DNA of 47,557 nt from Verrucomicrobiota bacterium (GCA_033762115.1 JANRLX010000031.1:1-47557); one strand, 5' to 3'. Positions 17,801 through 26,644 are shown, numbered from the stretch's first letter. Made by a program: numbers and translations. The notes: a model not told the origin generated them from the sequence alone.

Positions 17801-17871
17801 GCTGCCTGAACCTGAATCGCACTCCATGAAAAGAGAATCAATATCAGGAGTTGAGGAGTGCAAAAGCGCAT
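14839..17871 (-). CDS. Membrane sensor histidine kinase with periplasmic beta-propeller and Y_Y_Y-like domain
   Basis: Signal peptide, repeated G..W..S..GL blades, YSWRLD...WS...LGPGQH, TM, H-box AHDFNNIL, N-box NLVMNAVDA, D.G.GI, FEPFFTTK, GTGLGL; no receiver domain. Confidence 0.93.
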   Translation of the reverse strand: MRFCTPQLLILILFSWSAIQVQAADPTLQWSVFRPGDSFSTITISPRGKVWVKQTQEPTAYWFDGYTNGALSLPETGNYRVHESRSSQLWTIAPNGLLLFEKGRWLTHEIVDVRNELMGNPLRQIRQISLLPLEINHVLLLLSDKLLLYEAVPRRVTILKLASQTGLGQFNEMRESADGGIWLSGMNGLAKIAGPLRNMGTNLSWTEYLLPPASPIQNLQVPWEGADGSVTTLGFNELDNGEKYKITFNGTLQAEPIQGERLRQLWTSWDQSIWAYNFNALYRRSGDLFVREGLLTANYDVHVETNGVFWIASSEGLIRYAPSIWRPPVKFAPLQVPVHAVLRSRTSRTFWIETAEGLVRDFNDQMDLVPWPADFELHPLGESRLFELPDGRLVIDTEDRTFQLRSDSWSFENLHPLLPGKIVGQAQDGQLFVSGAGTNATNLYLFDGNSLSPLTLEIPGGSEAIASIHFAGEMPNGDLWIAADNNLWHRRANSTMNRALPLERGLGEKIQWVVQMFGDRTWCASSDTLFELKGRSWEPIYSPGQRITGITKGEDGAVWLGTVGAVHRLQNGTWVSHSHEEGLTTRPVYSVYFDTEHGILAATAQGLLQFHSSADIDPPQSLPADVQTFRDGTEVITTAFFRGLDRWEYTPSTRLLYSWRLDEGGWSPFTNHQFRVFKDLGPGQHKIDIRAMDRSGNEDPLFATVTFSVVLPWFKDPRLVAVSLLGISLVLFFAGVAVNKHVQLKRSYAEVELKVRERTSQLEKAHQELLHSQKMSALGTLAAGIAHDFNNILSIIKGSVQVIESNPEDKEKIKTRVSRILTVVDQGSGIVKAMLGLGRVTEKDFIECNPGEIVEELGKIASDRYSNEVVIEIHSAPGLPRIICAREILQQMVLNLVMNAVDAIGGQGRVLLQTELLVNLPSDLILQPAPSASYIAVSVKDDGIGIPPQNIERIFEPFFTTKAFSSRRGTGLGLSMVYELAKQMGYGINLKTEVNKGSTFTILLPASKAH

Positions 17872-17875
17872 CAGT

Positions 17876-18529
17876 TTAAGGCTTATTCGATACTCCTGTG
17901 AGGAGATATTGGCACTTCAGAAAAAAATCTTTTATTGAGCGCAGCGCCGGACCTTCCTTCTCAAAACGGCGGGCGGAACTGATAACGGGGGGGCTAAGAG
18001 TGACCAGTTTGCCGACTTTCCCCATTTTCCTCGAAAGCTCCAAATCTTCAAAACGCGGTATTTCTGGAAACCCTCCCAACGCTTCAAAAACATTCTTGCG
18101 CACGAAAATACCCTGGTCACCCAGATGCCACCCGATCAGAGAATTTCGAACGCGGGCCAGCATGCAGGTTCCATGCAGGATCAAAGAACGGGAATCAAAA
18201 ATGCGCTGGAATGCGCCACCGACTACTGATGAGTTTGCCAGGGCTTTGGAGATCAACGTTAACCCATTTTCGGGCAATCTGGTGTCCGCATGGAGGAAAA
18301 AGAGGATATCACCGCTCGCGTGAGAGGCGCCAAGATTCATTTGGCGGGCTCGATGGCGAGTTGCCTGATACAGCCGAACGGAAAATTGCCGTGCAATCTC
18401 CACTGTTTCATCAATGCTCCCTCCATCCACCACGATGATTTCTGAGGATGCGTTCTCCTGCTTCAGGGCTTCGATTGTGCTGGCAAGACACTTCGCCTCA
18501 TTCAGCGTTGGGATTACCACTGAGATCAT
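17876..18529 (-). CDS. GT2 glycosyltransferase, TIGR04283-like
   Basis: ISVVIPTLNE, VVDGGS.D, QMNLGA, FLHADT, GDQGIF, FEDLE, SARRF. Confidence 0.85.
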   Translation of the reverse strand: MISVVIPTLNEAKCLASTIEALKQENASSEIIVVDGGSIDETVEIARQFSVRLYQATRHRARQMNLGASHASGDILFFLHADTRLPENGLTLISKALANSSVVGGAFQRIFDSRSLILHGTCMLARVRNSLIGWHLGDQGIFVRKNVFEALGGFPEIPRFEDLELSRKMGKVGKLVTLSPPVISSARRFEKEGPALRSIKDFFLKCQYLLTGVSNKP

Positions 18530-18547
18530 TGAGAAATGGGGAGAAGG

Positions 18548-19021
18548 TTATCGATTCGTCCCGAGGGATTGAAGCAATCGATCAATAAATTGCATTTGGG
18601 TAGGTTTGATTTTGCGGCGGGCTTCGTCGAGTTTGAAAAAAGCCACCCGGTCAATCTCTGGAAATTCCTGCCATTTGCCGGAATAAGGAGGCCATTCCAT
18701 CCGGAATGTATTGCATAGATGGATCGAGTTGTCATCCCAGGCTCCTTCAAAAGCCCAGCCATGAACCAGCTTGCCACCTTTTTGCCGGATGCTTCCCAAT
18801 TCGAGATATGGGCCTGACGAAGGAATGCCCACTTCCTCCTGGAATTCCCTTTTTGCCGTTTCCAGTAATTCCTCCCCTTCATGCACTTCACCCTTGGGAA
18901 TGGTCCAATGACCTTCATCCCTGGAGACAAAAAAAGGACCTCCTGGATGAGCCAGAAAAAACTCCACACCATCCCGTAACCGGTACATCAGTAATCCTGC
19001 GCTGACTTTACCCCGTGCCAT
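18548..19021 (-). CDS. NUDIX hydrolase (COG4119-like)
   Basis: SAGLLMYR, HPGGPF, WTIPKG...AKREFQEEVG Nudix box, EWPP.SG..QEFPEIDR. Confidence 0.9.
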   Translation of the reverse strand: MARGKVSAGLLMYRLRDGVEFFLAHPGGPFFVSRDEGHWTIPKGEVHEGEELLETAKREFQEEVGIPSSGPYLELGSIRQKGGKLVHGWAFEGAWDDNSIHLCNTFRMEWPPYSGKWQEFPEIDRVAFFKLDEARRKIKPTQMQFIDRLLQSLGTNR

Positions 19022-19027
19022 GGAGGG

Positions 19028-21100
19028 TTACACAATTTCCAGGTTGCATTTGGGAGCTGCATCAAGGAATGAGCGACCATATTTTTTGGATAAAATTCTA
19101 TTGTCCAGCACAACCACAATCCCGGAATCGCTTTTCGTCCGGATCAGTCTTCCAACACCTTGTCGGAATTTCAAAATCGCTTCCGGAAGTGAAAATTCAC
19201 TAAATGAATTCCCACCGCGCGCTTCGATTTGTTCGATTCGCGCTTCGATCAACGGATGGTCCGGCACCGCAAAAGGGAGCCGTGTGATGATCACATTTGA
19301 AAGAGCTTCACCGGGTACGTCCACACCTTGCCAGAAACTATCAGTCCCGAACAGGACGGAATTCACATCCGCCTTGAATTTTTCCAGCATCAAGGTTCTG
19401 GGGGTGCCGGTGCCCTGAATAAAGCATTCAACGTGCAGTTCCTTGAAAAAGGGCTGCATTCGTTCTCCAACCTGCTGCATCAGGCTAAAATTCGTGAAGA
19501 GAACAAATGCCTTTCCCTGGGTCATTCGGATGAAATGTTCAATCCAGTGCACCAGAGCGTCTTCATACCCGGGTTCGCGTGGGTCAGGCATTTTTCCTAT
19601 GACGAAAAGCTTCATTTGCTTTTCATAATCGAAAGGAGAGCCCACCTGAAGCGCGGTGGCCTTTTCTCCGCCGATCCGTCCTGCAAAATAGTCGAGGCCC
19701 CTGCTTTTGCCACTCTCACGGGAGCCACCCGATTCGGTCGAAAGCGTGGCGCTCGTCATGATCACCGAGGTTTCACTCTCAAAGAATTTTGCGCGAAGAA
19801 ATGCCGCAACATCCACAGGCGCTGCATGCAATCCAAGATTGCGTTGCGTTTTTCCACCTCGTTCCACCCAATAAACGTATGTCTCCTCTGGTTGGGATAA
19901 AAAAACTTTAACCGATTCGTAAATTTCCACCAATCTCCGATTACATTCGAGCAGTTCCTGGGCGGTATCCTTATCGTTGCAGGTTTTAATCAAATTGCTT
20001 ACGACCTCACGCACACGCTGCAAAGGAAGTGTCACCCGGTCCTGCACCAGATCAGATCGGCGAACACGCAGTTCTGTCCAGGCTCGGTTGCGTTCCTGAG
20101 TTGTCATGCGACTGCCACTTTTATGGAGTTCATTGCAGGCCTCTTCGACAGAGGCAAAAAACGCCTGCACTTCTCCAAGCAATTCGCTGACCAGGCGGAC
20201 TGCGTTTCCTTCCCGGAGCAGGGCCAGCAATCCTTTTTCGGTATGTGGGTTCCAGAGTCGGTGAACGGCAAAACGGACCTGGGCATTGCTCACACTGCTG
20301 CCAATGTGCCGGGAAGCGACCTGTTCCACTGTGTGTGCCTCATCAAAGATAACAAAATCGTTCTTGAAGAGAATGCCTTCACCCACTTCTTCATCCAAAC
20401 CGCCCAAATGCATGAAAAACAAGGTGTGGTTCAACACCAGGACATCGGAAGAAAGAATGCGGCTCCGGGCACGTTGGAAAAAGCAGACGCCATGATCGCG
20501 GGAAAAATCTGATTCACGACCACAGATTTTCGGTGAGCACAACCCTCGCTCGGAACAGACCTGTTGCCAGACTTTCGGGTCCGGTTCGATTTCAAAGTCA
20601 GACAGGCTTCCATCATCTGTTTTTTTGGACCATTCAAAAATCCGTTTCAACTCCTCGATTTCAGGGGAGGTGAAAAGTGCGTCTGCTTGGAGCATCGCTT
20701 TGTGCAATCGACGGGTACAAAGGTAATTCTGGCGACCTTTGAGCATGGTGTAGCTGAATGAGACCGGAAGAATTTTTTCGAGTAGGGGGAGATCCTTTCC
20801 AATCAACTGCTCCTGGAGATTGATCGTATGGGTGGAGATGATCGCTTTTTTGTGATTCGCGACTGCAAAAAGAATGGATGGAATCAAGTAGCCAAGGCTT
20901 TTGCCGACGCCGGTGCCTGCTTCGACCAGAAGATGCTGGCGGGTTTTTAATGCACGCGCCACCGCGACCGCCATTTCCTGTTGCTGGGGGCGGTACTCGA
21001 AATTGCTTGCCCGCGAAAGTATCCCCGTTGGCGAAAAAATTTCGCGGACTTGTTCCACGAGATCCGGTCCGGAGGGTTGAGTATCAACAATGCTGATCAT
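19028..21100 (-). CDS. dinG: ATP-dependent DNA helicase, DinG/YoaA family
   Basis: Q motif (RPQQ), EAGTGVGKS, KGRQNYLC plus Fe-S cysteines, DEAH, SAT, FWQGVDVPG, QGVGRLIR. Confidence 0.92.
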   Translation of the reverse strand: MISIVDTQPSGPDLVEQVREIFSPTGILSRASNFEYRPQQQEMAVAVARALKTRQHLLVEAGTGVGKSLGYLIPSILFAVANHKKAIISTHTINLQEQLIGKDLPLLEKILPVSFSYTMLKGRQNYLCTRRLHKAMLQADALFTSPEIEELKRIFEWSKKTDDGSLSDFEIEPDPKVWQQVCSERGLCSPKICGRESDFSRDHGVCFFQRARSRILSSDVLVLNHTLFFMHLGGLDEEVGEGILFKNDFVIFDEAHTVEQVASRHIGSSVSNAQVRFAVHRLWNPHTEKGLLALLREGNAVRLVSELLGEVQAFFASVEEACNELHKSGSRMTTQERNRAWTELRVRRSDLVQDRVTLPLQRVREVVSNLIKTCNDKDTAQELLECNRRLVEIYESVKVFLSQPEETYVYWVERGGKTQRNLGLHAAPVDVAAFLRAKFFESETSVIMTSATLSTESGGSRESGKSRGLDYFAGRIGGEKATALQVGSPFDYEKQMKLFVIGKMPDPREPGYEDALVHWIEHFIRMTQGKAFVLFTNFSLMQQVGERMQPFFKELHVECFIQGTGTPRTLMLEKFKADVNSVLFGTDSFWQGVDVPGEALSNVIITRLPFAVPDHPLIEARIEQIEARGGNSFSEFSLPEAILKFRQGVGRLIRTKSDSGIVVVLDNRILSKKYGRSFLDAAPKCNLEIV

Positions 21101-21777
21101 CTGGGCCGTCTCGTAACAACTTCCTGTTCAGCACGATTTTTGGCGATGCTGTTTTGGGGAAGAATTCCCCGCCAATTGGTATTTGGATAAATAACAGAAT
21201 TCCTCCCGATGATGCTTCCGGGATTCAGGACAGAATTACAGCCGATGTCAGTATGGTCACCAAGAAGGGCGCCGAACTTACGCAGTCCCGTATCAAAGGG
21301 GAAACCATTTTTTTCCACGGTTACATTTCCCGGGACAAGTTTGACGTTTGAAATTTTTACCCCGGCGCCGAGGTGGGCTTTATATCCCAAAATAGAGTCA
21401 CCGACATAGCTGAAATGCGGGACCTGACAGTTATTAAAAAGAAAAGCGGTCTTGAACTCGCAGGCATTTCCAATCACGCAACCGTCTCCAATAATAACAT
21501 CCTCACGAATATACGCATTATGTCGAATCTGGCAGTTTTTTCCAATGATAGCAGGCCCTTTGATCATGACACCTTCTTCAACAACCGTGCCTTCGCCAAT
21601 ATAGACATGCTCACCAATATAACAACGTCCTTCGCTGATGTGATGCAATCCTGGGCGCAGATGTTCTTTGATATAGTTCTTCAGCCCTTTCAGTGCATCC
21701 CAGGCATCAATGCAGTTTGTGAAAATTGATGCGTGATTAGTTTCGGAAAGCGTGAACAGATCCTCAGGTCTAAACAT
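21097..21777 (-). CDS. Hexapeptide-repeat acetyltransferase, stand-alone GlmU C-terminal-like (glucosamine-1-P N-acetyltransferase)
   Basis: Left-handed beta-helix repeats, HFSYVGDSILG, GAG, TGLRKFGA, GCNSVLNPG. Confidence 0.8.
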   Translation of the reverse strand: MFRPEDLFTLSETNHASIFTNCIDAWDALKGLKNYIKEHLRPGLHHISEGRCYIGEHVYIGEGTVVEEGVMIKGPAIIGKNCQIRHNAYIREDVIIGDGCVIGNACEFKTAFLFNNCQVPHFSYVGDSILGYKAHLGAGVKISNVKLVPGNVTVEKNGFPFDTGLRKFGALLGDHTDIGCNSVLNPGSIIGRNSVIYPNTNWRGILPQNSIAKNRAEQEVVTRRPR

Positions 21778-21873
21778 TTCTCAACAATAAACGGCAAAGT
21801 GCATCTCTCGGCAAGCTCCGGACAGATCCGCTTTAAAGTGTCAAACTCATAAGAGATCGATTACAATCCCGCA

Positions 21874-22815
21874 ATGAGCTTTATCATGTCTACCTCTCGA
21901 AGCCTCACTTTTTCTATTTGCCTGCTTTTTGCCGTGAACAACGCGAATGGAGCAAGTTTCAACACCCGCGTCGCTGATGGAAAAATCGAAGTTTTTGGTG
22001 AGGATCGCCCGTTAGTCACCTATCAATTGGAGAAACCTAAAGATTCCAGGGTGCCAATTGAGAGTGCCTGCTATTTTCATCCACTGGTCACGCCGAAGGG
22101 CGTGACAATCACAGATGTCGCCCCTTCAGATCATCTTCATCACCGTGGAATATTTTTTGCCTGGGTTGAAATGCATGGGACAAAATCGGCTGATTTCTGG
22201 GGCTGGGGCGAGCATGCGCCAAAGCAAAATCGAAAGATTGTTAATGTCGGCACGGCCATCTCGACCACTGAATCGTCGGCAACATTTGTGGCTAATAATG
22301 AGTGGCGTGCAGAGGACCATGTCATGATCAGGGAAGAGGTAAAGACAATCGCTTCCATCCGGGAATCAGCCAATGTTCTCCGAATCGAATATACATTGAC
22401 CCCTGCTGAAGATATCAAGCTTCCGCAATGGGCTTTCAGCGGCTTCTGCGCCAGAGTCCCAAAATCGGAAAACCTGATTATCAGTTCTCCGGACGGGACT
22501 GTTAATCTGCCTGCGCCTCACCATATGAAACCTGACTCAGATTGGCCTGACAAAAACTGGTATGATTTCTCTTTTCGTTCCAAGAGCGGGAAGGTTGCGG
22601 GGTTGGCGATCATCAATCACCCATCCAATCCGAAAACGCTTTGGCATAACATCCCTGGCATCGGAATGATCAATCCCTGCATTGTGGCTCCCAACCCGAT
22701 CCAGTTGCGTAAAAACGTGCCGCTCAAATTGATTTACACAGTGGTCGCTCACGATGGCCCCGCGCCGACCACACTCCTGAACCAGCTTTCTTCGGCGTCC
22801 TCAAAAGGGGAATAG
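21874..22815 (+). CDS. Secreted PmoA-like (DUF6807-type) protein of unknown function; not methane monooxygenase
   Basis: Signal peptide, YFHPL.TP.G, DHLHHRGIF, FW, HPSN, Y.VVAHDG. Confidence 0.7.
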   Translation: MSFIMSTSRSLTFSICLLFAVNNANGASFNTRVADGKIEVFGEDRPLVTYQLEKPKDSRVPIESACYFHPLVTPKGVTITDVAPSDHLHHRGIFFAWVEMHGTKSADFWGWGEHAPKQNRKIVNVGTAISTTESSATFVANNEWRAEDHVMIREEVKTIASIRESANVLRIEYTLTPAEDIKLPQWAFSGFCARVPKSENLIISSPDGTVNLPAPHHMKPDSDWPDKNWYDFSFRSKSGKVAGLAIINHPSNPKTLWHNIPGIGMINPCIVAPNPIQLRKNVPLKLIYTVVAHDGPAPTTLLNQLSSASSKGE

Positions 22816-23092
22816 TGAATCTCCATTGAGCAGGCGAGCGGTCCCAAATAATGGGCAGAACGAAAGTCCACTTGAATTTTTAATAATTTCTGTGGATTTC
22901 ATCCACAAATTTGCTAATGTCCTCCTCCCCTCTCCCAAAGCGAGAGTCTCTGGGATGATCTGAGGGGGTGGAGGCGCTCAAATCAGCGCTCGGATTTGTC
23001 TGAAAGGTGGAGGCTTTTCGGCCTTGCCTTGAAGGGCGATTTGTTTTCCCGATTGCAGGGCTTTGAAAAAGCAAAATTTTTTCAAATAGCTA

Positions 23093-23120
23093 TTGCAACG
23101 TAAATTTTGAGTGATAATAT
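23093..23120 (+). promoter_or_regulatory. Sigma70 promoter of the str/ribosomal superoperon
   Basis: TTGCAA-16 nt-TAATAT with extended -10 TG, preceded by an A/T-rich UP-like tract. Confidence 0.6.
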
Positions 23121-23180
23121 TCGCGCTCCGTTTCTCCAGAGGTCGGGGAAGCGGTCGTAAACAGTTTTTGAAAGCAGCTA

Positions 23181-23579
23181 ATGCCGACAATTAATCAGCT
23201 CGTCCGAAAAGGGCGAAACAAGTTGAAGTACAAGTCCAAGTCGCCAGCCTTGGAAAACGCTCCGTTTCGCCGTGGGGTCTGTCTTCAGGTGATGACACGC
23301 ACACCCAAAAAGCCGAATTCGGCGATGCGAAAAGTGGCAAAGGTCCGGTTGACGAATGGCTTTGAAGTGATAGCCTACATTCCCGACGAAGGGCATAACC
23401 TGCAAGAGCACTCGATTGTGCTTGTCCGCGGCGGGCGTGTGAAAGATCTCCCTGGGGTTCGGTATCACATTGTCAGAGGCACCCTGGACGCTGCTGGCGT
23501 TGAGAAACGTCGTGTCAGCCGTTCCAAATATGGTGTTAAACGGCCAAAAGCAGCCGCAGCAAAACCCGCAGGCAAGTAA
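23181..23579 (+). CDS. rpsL: 30S ribosomal protein S12
   Basis: [31 protein letters not shown]. Confidence 0.99.
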   Translation: MPTINQLVRKGRNKLKYKSKSPALENAPFRRGVCLQVMTRTPKKPNSAMRKVAKVRLTNGFEVIAYIPDEGHNLQEHSIVLVRGGRVKDLPGVRYHIVRGTLDAAGVEKRRVSRSKYGVKRPKAAAAKPAGK

Positions 23580-23592
23580 TTAAGAATTTGTT

Positions 23593-24066
23593 ATGTCGAG
23601 AAGACGTCAGGCAGTCAGGCGCAGTGTTCAGGCGGATGCCAAGTACAATAGTGTGCTGGTTTCACGCCTTGTAAATGTCGTCATGCAGGGTGGCAACAAG
23701 AGCGTTGCCCAACGCATCGTTTACGGCACCTTTGATAATTTGGCTGAGAAAAATCCGGCATCCAATCCGCTGGAGATTCTTCAGCGGGCAGTGGATAACG
23801 CCAAGCCCCGCCTGGAAGTTAAGGCCCGTCGCGTTGGTGGCGCTACTTACCAGGTACCGGTGGAGGCCGCGCCCGAGCGGCAGGTGGCTCTTGCCTTACG
23901 CTGGCTGGTTGATTTTGCAGATGCCCGCAAAGGAACGACCATGAAGGAAGCGTTGGCTTATGAAATCATGGATGCTTTCCAGGGGCAGGGGAATGCCATA
24001 CGAAAGCGTGACGAAGTGCATAAGATGGCGCAGGCGAACAAAGCCTTCGCGCATTTCCGCTGGTAA
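23593..24066 (+). CDS. rpsG: 30S ribosomal protein S7
   Basis: RRVGGATYQVP, HKMAQANKAFAHFRW. Confidence 0.99.
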   Translation: MSRRRQAVRRSVQADAKYNSVLVSRLVNVVMQGGNKSVAQRIVYGTFDNLAEKNPASNPLEILQRAVDNAKPRLEVKARRVGGATYQVPVEAAPERQVALALRWLVDFADARKGTTMKEALAYEIMDAFQGQGNAIRKRDEVHKMAQANKAFAHFRW

Positions 24067-24083
24067 ACGAATTTAACAATTGT

Positions 24084-24117
24084 AAACGCGCCCCGTGCGA
24101 CAAGCGGGGCGTTTTTA
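24084..24117 (+). terminator. Terminator-like hairpin between rpsG and fusA
   Basis: GCCCCGT...GCGGGGC stem followed by gttttt. Confidence 0.5.
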
Positions 24118-24130
24118 GTCTCAAGAAGAA

Positions 24131-26305
24131 ATGGAAACAGCAGTGGACAACAAGAAACCGGTGAATTCGCCCAATCGGCAATACACCCAGGAGCGCACCC
24201 GCAACATCGGGATTGCGGCGCACATTGACGCCGGCAAGACGACAACGACTGAGCGCATCCTCTTTTACACAGGGCTGATCCATAAAATGGGTGATGTCGA
24301 CGATGGTAACACAGTCACGGACTGGATGGAGCAGGAACGTGAACGTGGTATCACAATTACTTCCGCTGCAACCACTTGCTATTGGACCCAGAAAGAAGAC
24401 GGCATCGACAAGCTGTTCCCGAATATACCGCACCGCATCAACATTATTGATACTCCCGGTCACGTAGACTTCACTGCTGAAGTGGAGCGTTCAATGCGTG
24501 TGCTGGATGGTGCTGTCGCAGTGTTCTGCGGGGTTGCAGGCGTCCAGCCTCAATCTGAAACTGTTTGGCGTCAGGCCACCAAGTACAAAGTTCCCCGTAT
24601 TGCTTTCGTCAACAAGATGGACCGGACCGGCGCGAATTTCGAAAACGCCGTCGATCAGATGCGTAAAAAGCTGGGTGCCTATGCCTATCCTGTCGTTATT
24701 CCGATCGGGCGCGAAGATTACCTGAAGGGTGTTATTGATCTCGTCAGCCAGAAAGCGGTGATTTATGACGAATCCGATCCTGTCGGCCTGAAATATACCG
24801 TTACTGAAATTCCGGAGGAACATAAGGAACGCGCCGCGGCAGCCCGCGCTGAGTTGATCGACGCCATCTCCAACAAGGATGATGCCATTGCTGAACTGGT
24901 GATCGAAAACAAGCCAGTCGAGGTTTCTGTCCTGAAGAATGCGATCCGACGGTTAACCTGCAAAATCGAGCTTGTCCCGGTTCTTTGCGGCTCTGCCTTC
25001 AAAAAGAAAGGTGTCCAGCCGTTGGTTGATGCCGTGGTGGATTACCTGCCTTCACCCTTGGACATTCCTCCCGCAATGGGGCATGACCCGGTGAACCAAA
25101 CCGAGTTGCCTGTTCAATCCGATGATAATGGCAAGTTCTGTTCTCTGGCATTCAAGCTTTGGACTGATCCATTCGTTGGTAAGCTGGTCTTCTTCCGGGT
25201 TTACAGCGGCATGCTCAAGAAAGGGGACACCATTTACAATCCCCGCACCCGTAAGCGCGAGCGTGTCAGCCGCGTGATGATGATCCAGGCTGACAAGCGG
25301 ATTGACGTGGAAACAACTTATGCTGGCGATATCGCCGCTCTGGTTGGCCTCCGCAACATCACCACCGGTGATACGCTCTGTGATGAGTCTTATGACATCA
25401 TGCTCGAGCCGCCGACGTTCCCGGAACCGGTCATCTCAATGGCAGTCGAACCGAAAACAAAGGCTGACCGTGAAAAGATGTCCGAAGGTTTGCAACGCCT
25501 GGCGGAAGAAGATCCGACCTTCCGTTGCTTTACCAATGAAGAGACCGGGCAGTTGATCATCGCCGGGATGGGCGAATTGCACCTGGAAATCATTCGTGAT
25601 CGACTCCTGCGTGAGTTCAAGGTGGAAGCCAACGCTGGTGCGCCTCAGATTGCTTATCGCGAAACGATCACGAAACCCGCCGAAGGCGAAGGCAAGTTCA
25701 TTCGCCAGTCCGGCGGTCGCGGTCAATACGGTCATGCAGTCATCACCATTGAACCCAATGAACGGGGCAAAGGCGTCGAGATTGAAAACAAGATTGTTGG
25801 GGGAACAATTCCAAAGGAATACATCCCTGCCGTGATCGATGGAGTGGAAGAAGCGATCAAAGGCGGTGTGATGGCAGGGTACCAGATGGTGGATGTCAAG
25901 GTCCAGATTATCGATGGTTCCTTCCATGAAGTCGATTCCAACGAATTGGCCTTCAAGATGGCTGGCATTTTTGCCCTGAAGGAAGCAGCCAAAAAAGCCA
26001 ACGTGATCCTTCTTGAGCCGATCATGAAGGTTGAAGTCAGCACCCCTGATGAATATCAGGGTGATCTCCTCGGTGACCTGAACCGTCGTCGCGGCAAGAT
26101 CCAAAGCATTGAAGCCAAAAGTGGCGCAACGGTGTTGAATGCCGAGGTTCCCCTGGCTGAAATGTTCGGCTACGCCACTGCGATCCGCTCCCTCTCAAAG
26201 GGCCGTGCGGCTTACTCAATGGAACCGTTTTGTTTCGAACCGGTGCCGTCCAGCATCGTTGCAACAATCATGGACACGGCAAAAGTCAAGCCGGCACGTA
26301 CATAA
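24131..26305 (+). CDS. fusA: Elongation factor G
   Basis: [43 protein letters not shown]. Confidence 0.99.
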   Translation: METAVDNKKPVNSPNRQYTQERTRNIGIAAHIDAGKTTTTERILFYTGLIHKMGDVDDGNTVTDWMEQERERGITITSAATTCYWTQKEDGIDKLFPNIPHRINIIDTPGHVDFTAEVERSMRVLDGAVAVFCGVAGVQPQSETVWRQATKYKVPRIAFVNKMDRTGANFENAVDQMRKKLGAYAYPVVIPIGREDYLKGVIDLVSQKAVIYDESDPVGLKYTVTEIPEEHKERAAAARAELIDAISNKDDAIAELVIENKPVEVSVLKNAIRRLTCKIELVPVLCGSAFKKKGVQPLVDAVVDYLPSPLDIPPAMGHDPVNQTELPVQSDDNGKFCSLAFKLWTDPFVGKLVFFRVYSGMLKKGDTIYNPRTRKRERVSRVMMIQADKRIDVETTYAGDIAALVGLRNITTGDTLCDESYDIMLEPPTFPEPVISMAVEPKTKADREKMSEGLQRLAEEDPTFRCFTNEETGQLIIAGMGELHLEIIRDRLLREFKVEANAGAPQIAYRETITKPAEGEGKFIRQSGGRGQYGHAVITIEPNERGKGVEIENKIVGGTIPKEYIPAVIDGVEEAIKGGVMAGYQMVDVKVQIIDGSFHEVDSNELAFKMAGIFALKEAAKKANVILLEPIMKVEVSTPDEYQGDLLGDLNRRRGKIQSIEAKSGATVLNAEVPLAEMFGYATAIRSLSKGRAAYSMEPFCFEPVPSSIVATIMDTAKVKPART

Positions 26306-26330
26306 CCATTTAGATTATTGTTCTTTTTAT

Positions 26331-26639
26331 ATGGCAGGACAACGAATTCGTATTCGACTTAAGGCCTTTGACCACCGTGTCATCGACCAGTCGGCGCATG
26401 ACATAGTGGAAACAGTCAAGCGCACCGGCGCACGGGTCGCCGGGCCCATTCCGCTGCCCACTCGCGTGGAACGCTTTACCGTGCAACGGTCACCTCACGC
26501 TGACAAAAAATCGCACGAAACTTTTGAACAACGCACGCACAAGCGTCTGCTCGATATTATCGAGCCGACTGCCAAGACAGTGGATGAGCTGAAAAAGCTC
26601 AACCTCCCTGCCGGCGTGGATATCACCATTAAAATCTGA
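26331..26639 (+). CDS. rpsJ: 30S ribosomal protein S10
   Basis: [28 protein letters not shown]; true ATG at 26331. Confidence 0.98.
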   Translation: MAGQRIRIRLKAFDHRVIDQSAHDIVETVKRTGARVAGPIPLPTRVERFTVQRSPHADKKSHETFEQRTHKRLLDIIEPTAKTVDELKKLNLPAGVDITIKI

Positions 26640-26644
26640 CGCGT

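Noticed and set aside
19028..21100. DinG as a type IV CRISPR or defence component
   Set aside because: No cas genes or repeat-spacer array; Fe-S housekeeping-type DinG in an ordinary operon
21874..22815. PmoA-like label suggesting methanotrophy
   Set aside because: A soluble, signal-peptide-bearing beta protein with no pmoC/pmoB neighbours; unlike the membrane pMMO subunit
22816..23180. Possible tRNA, ncRNA or oriC in the spacer before rpsL
   Set aside because: No cloverleaf or T-loop motif; only two DnaA-like boxes and no dnaA/dnaN context
26139..26330. Apparent N-terminal extensions of S10 (from 26139), S3 (from 29645) and L24 (from 31740) in the ORF track
   Set aside because: Artefacts of longest-ORF calling; canonical ATG starts exist at 26331, 29714 and 31776
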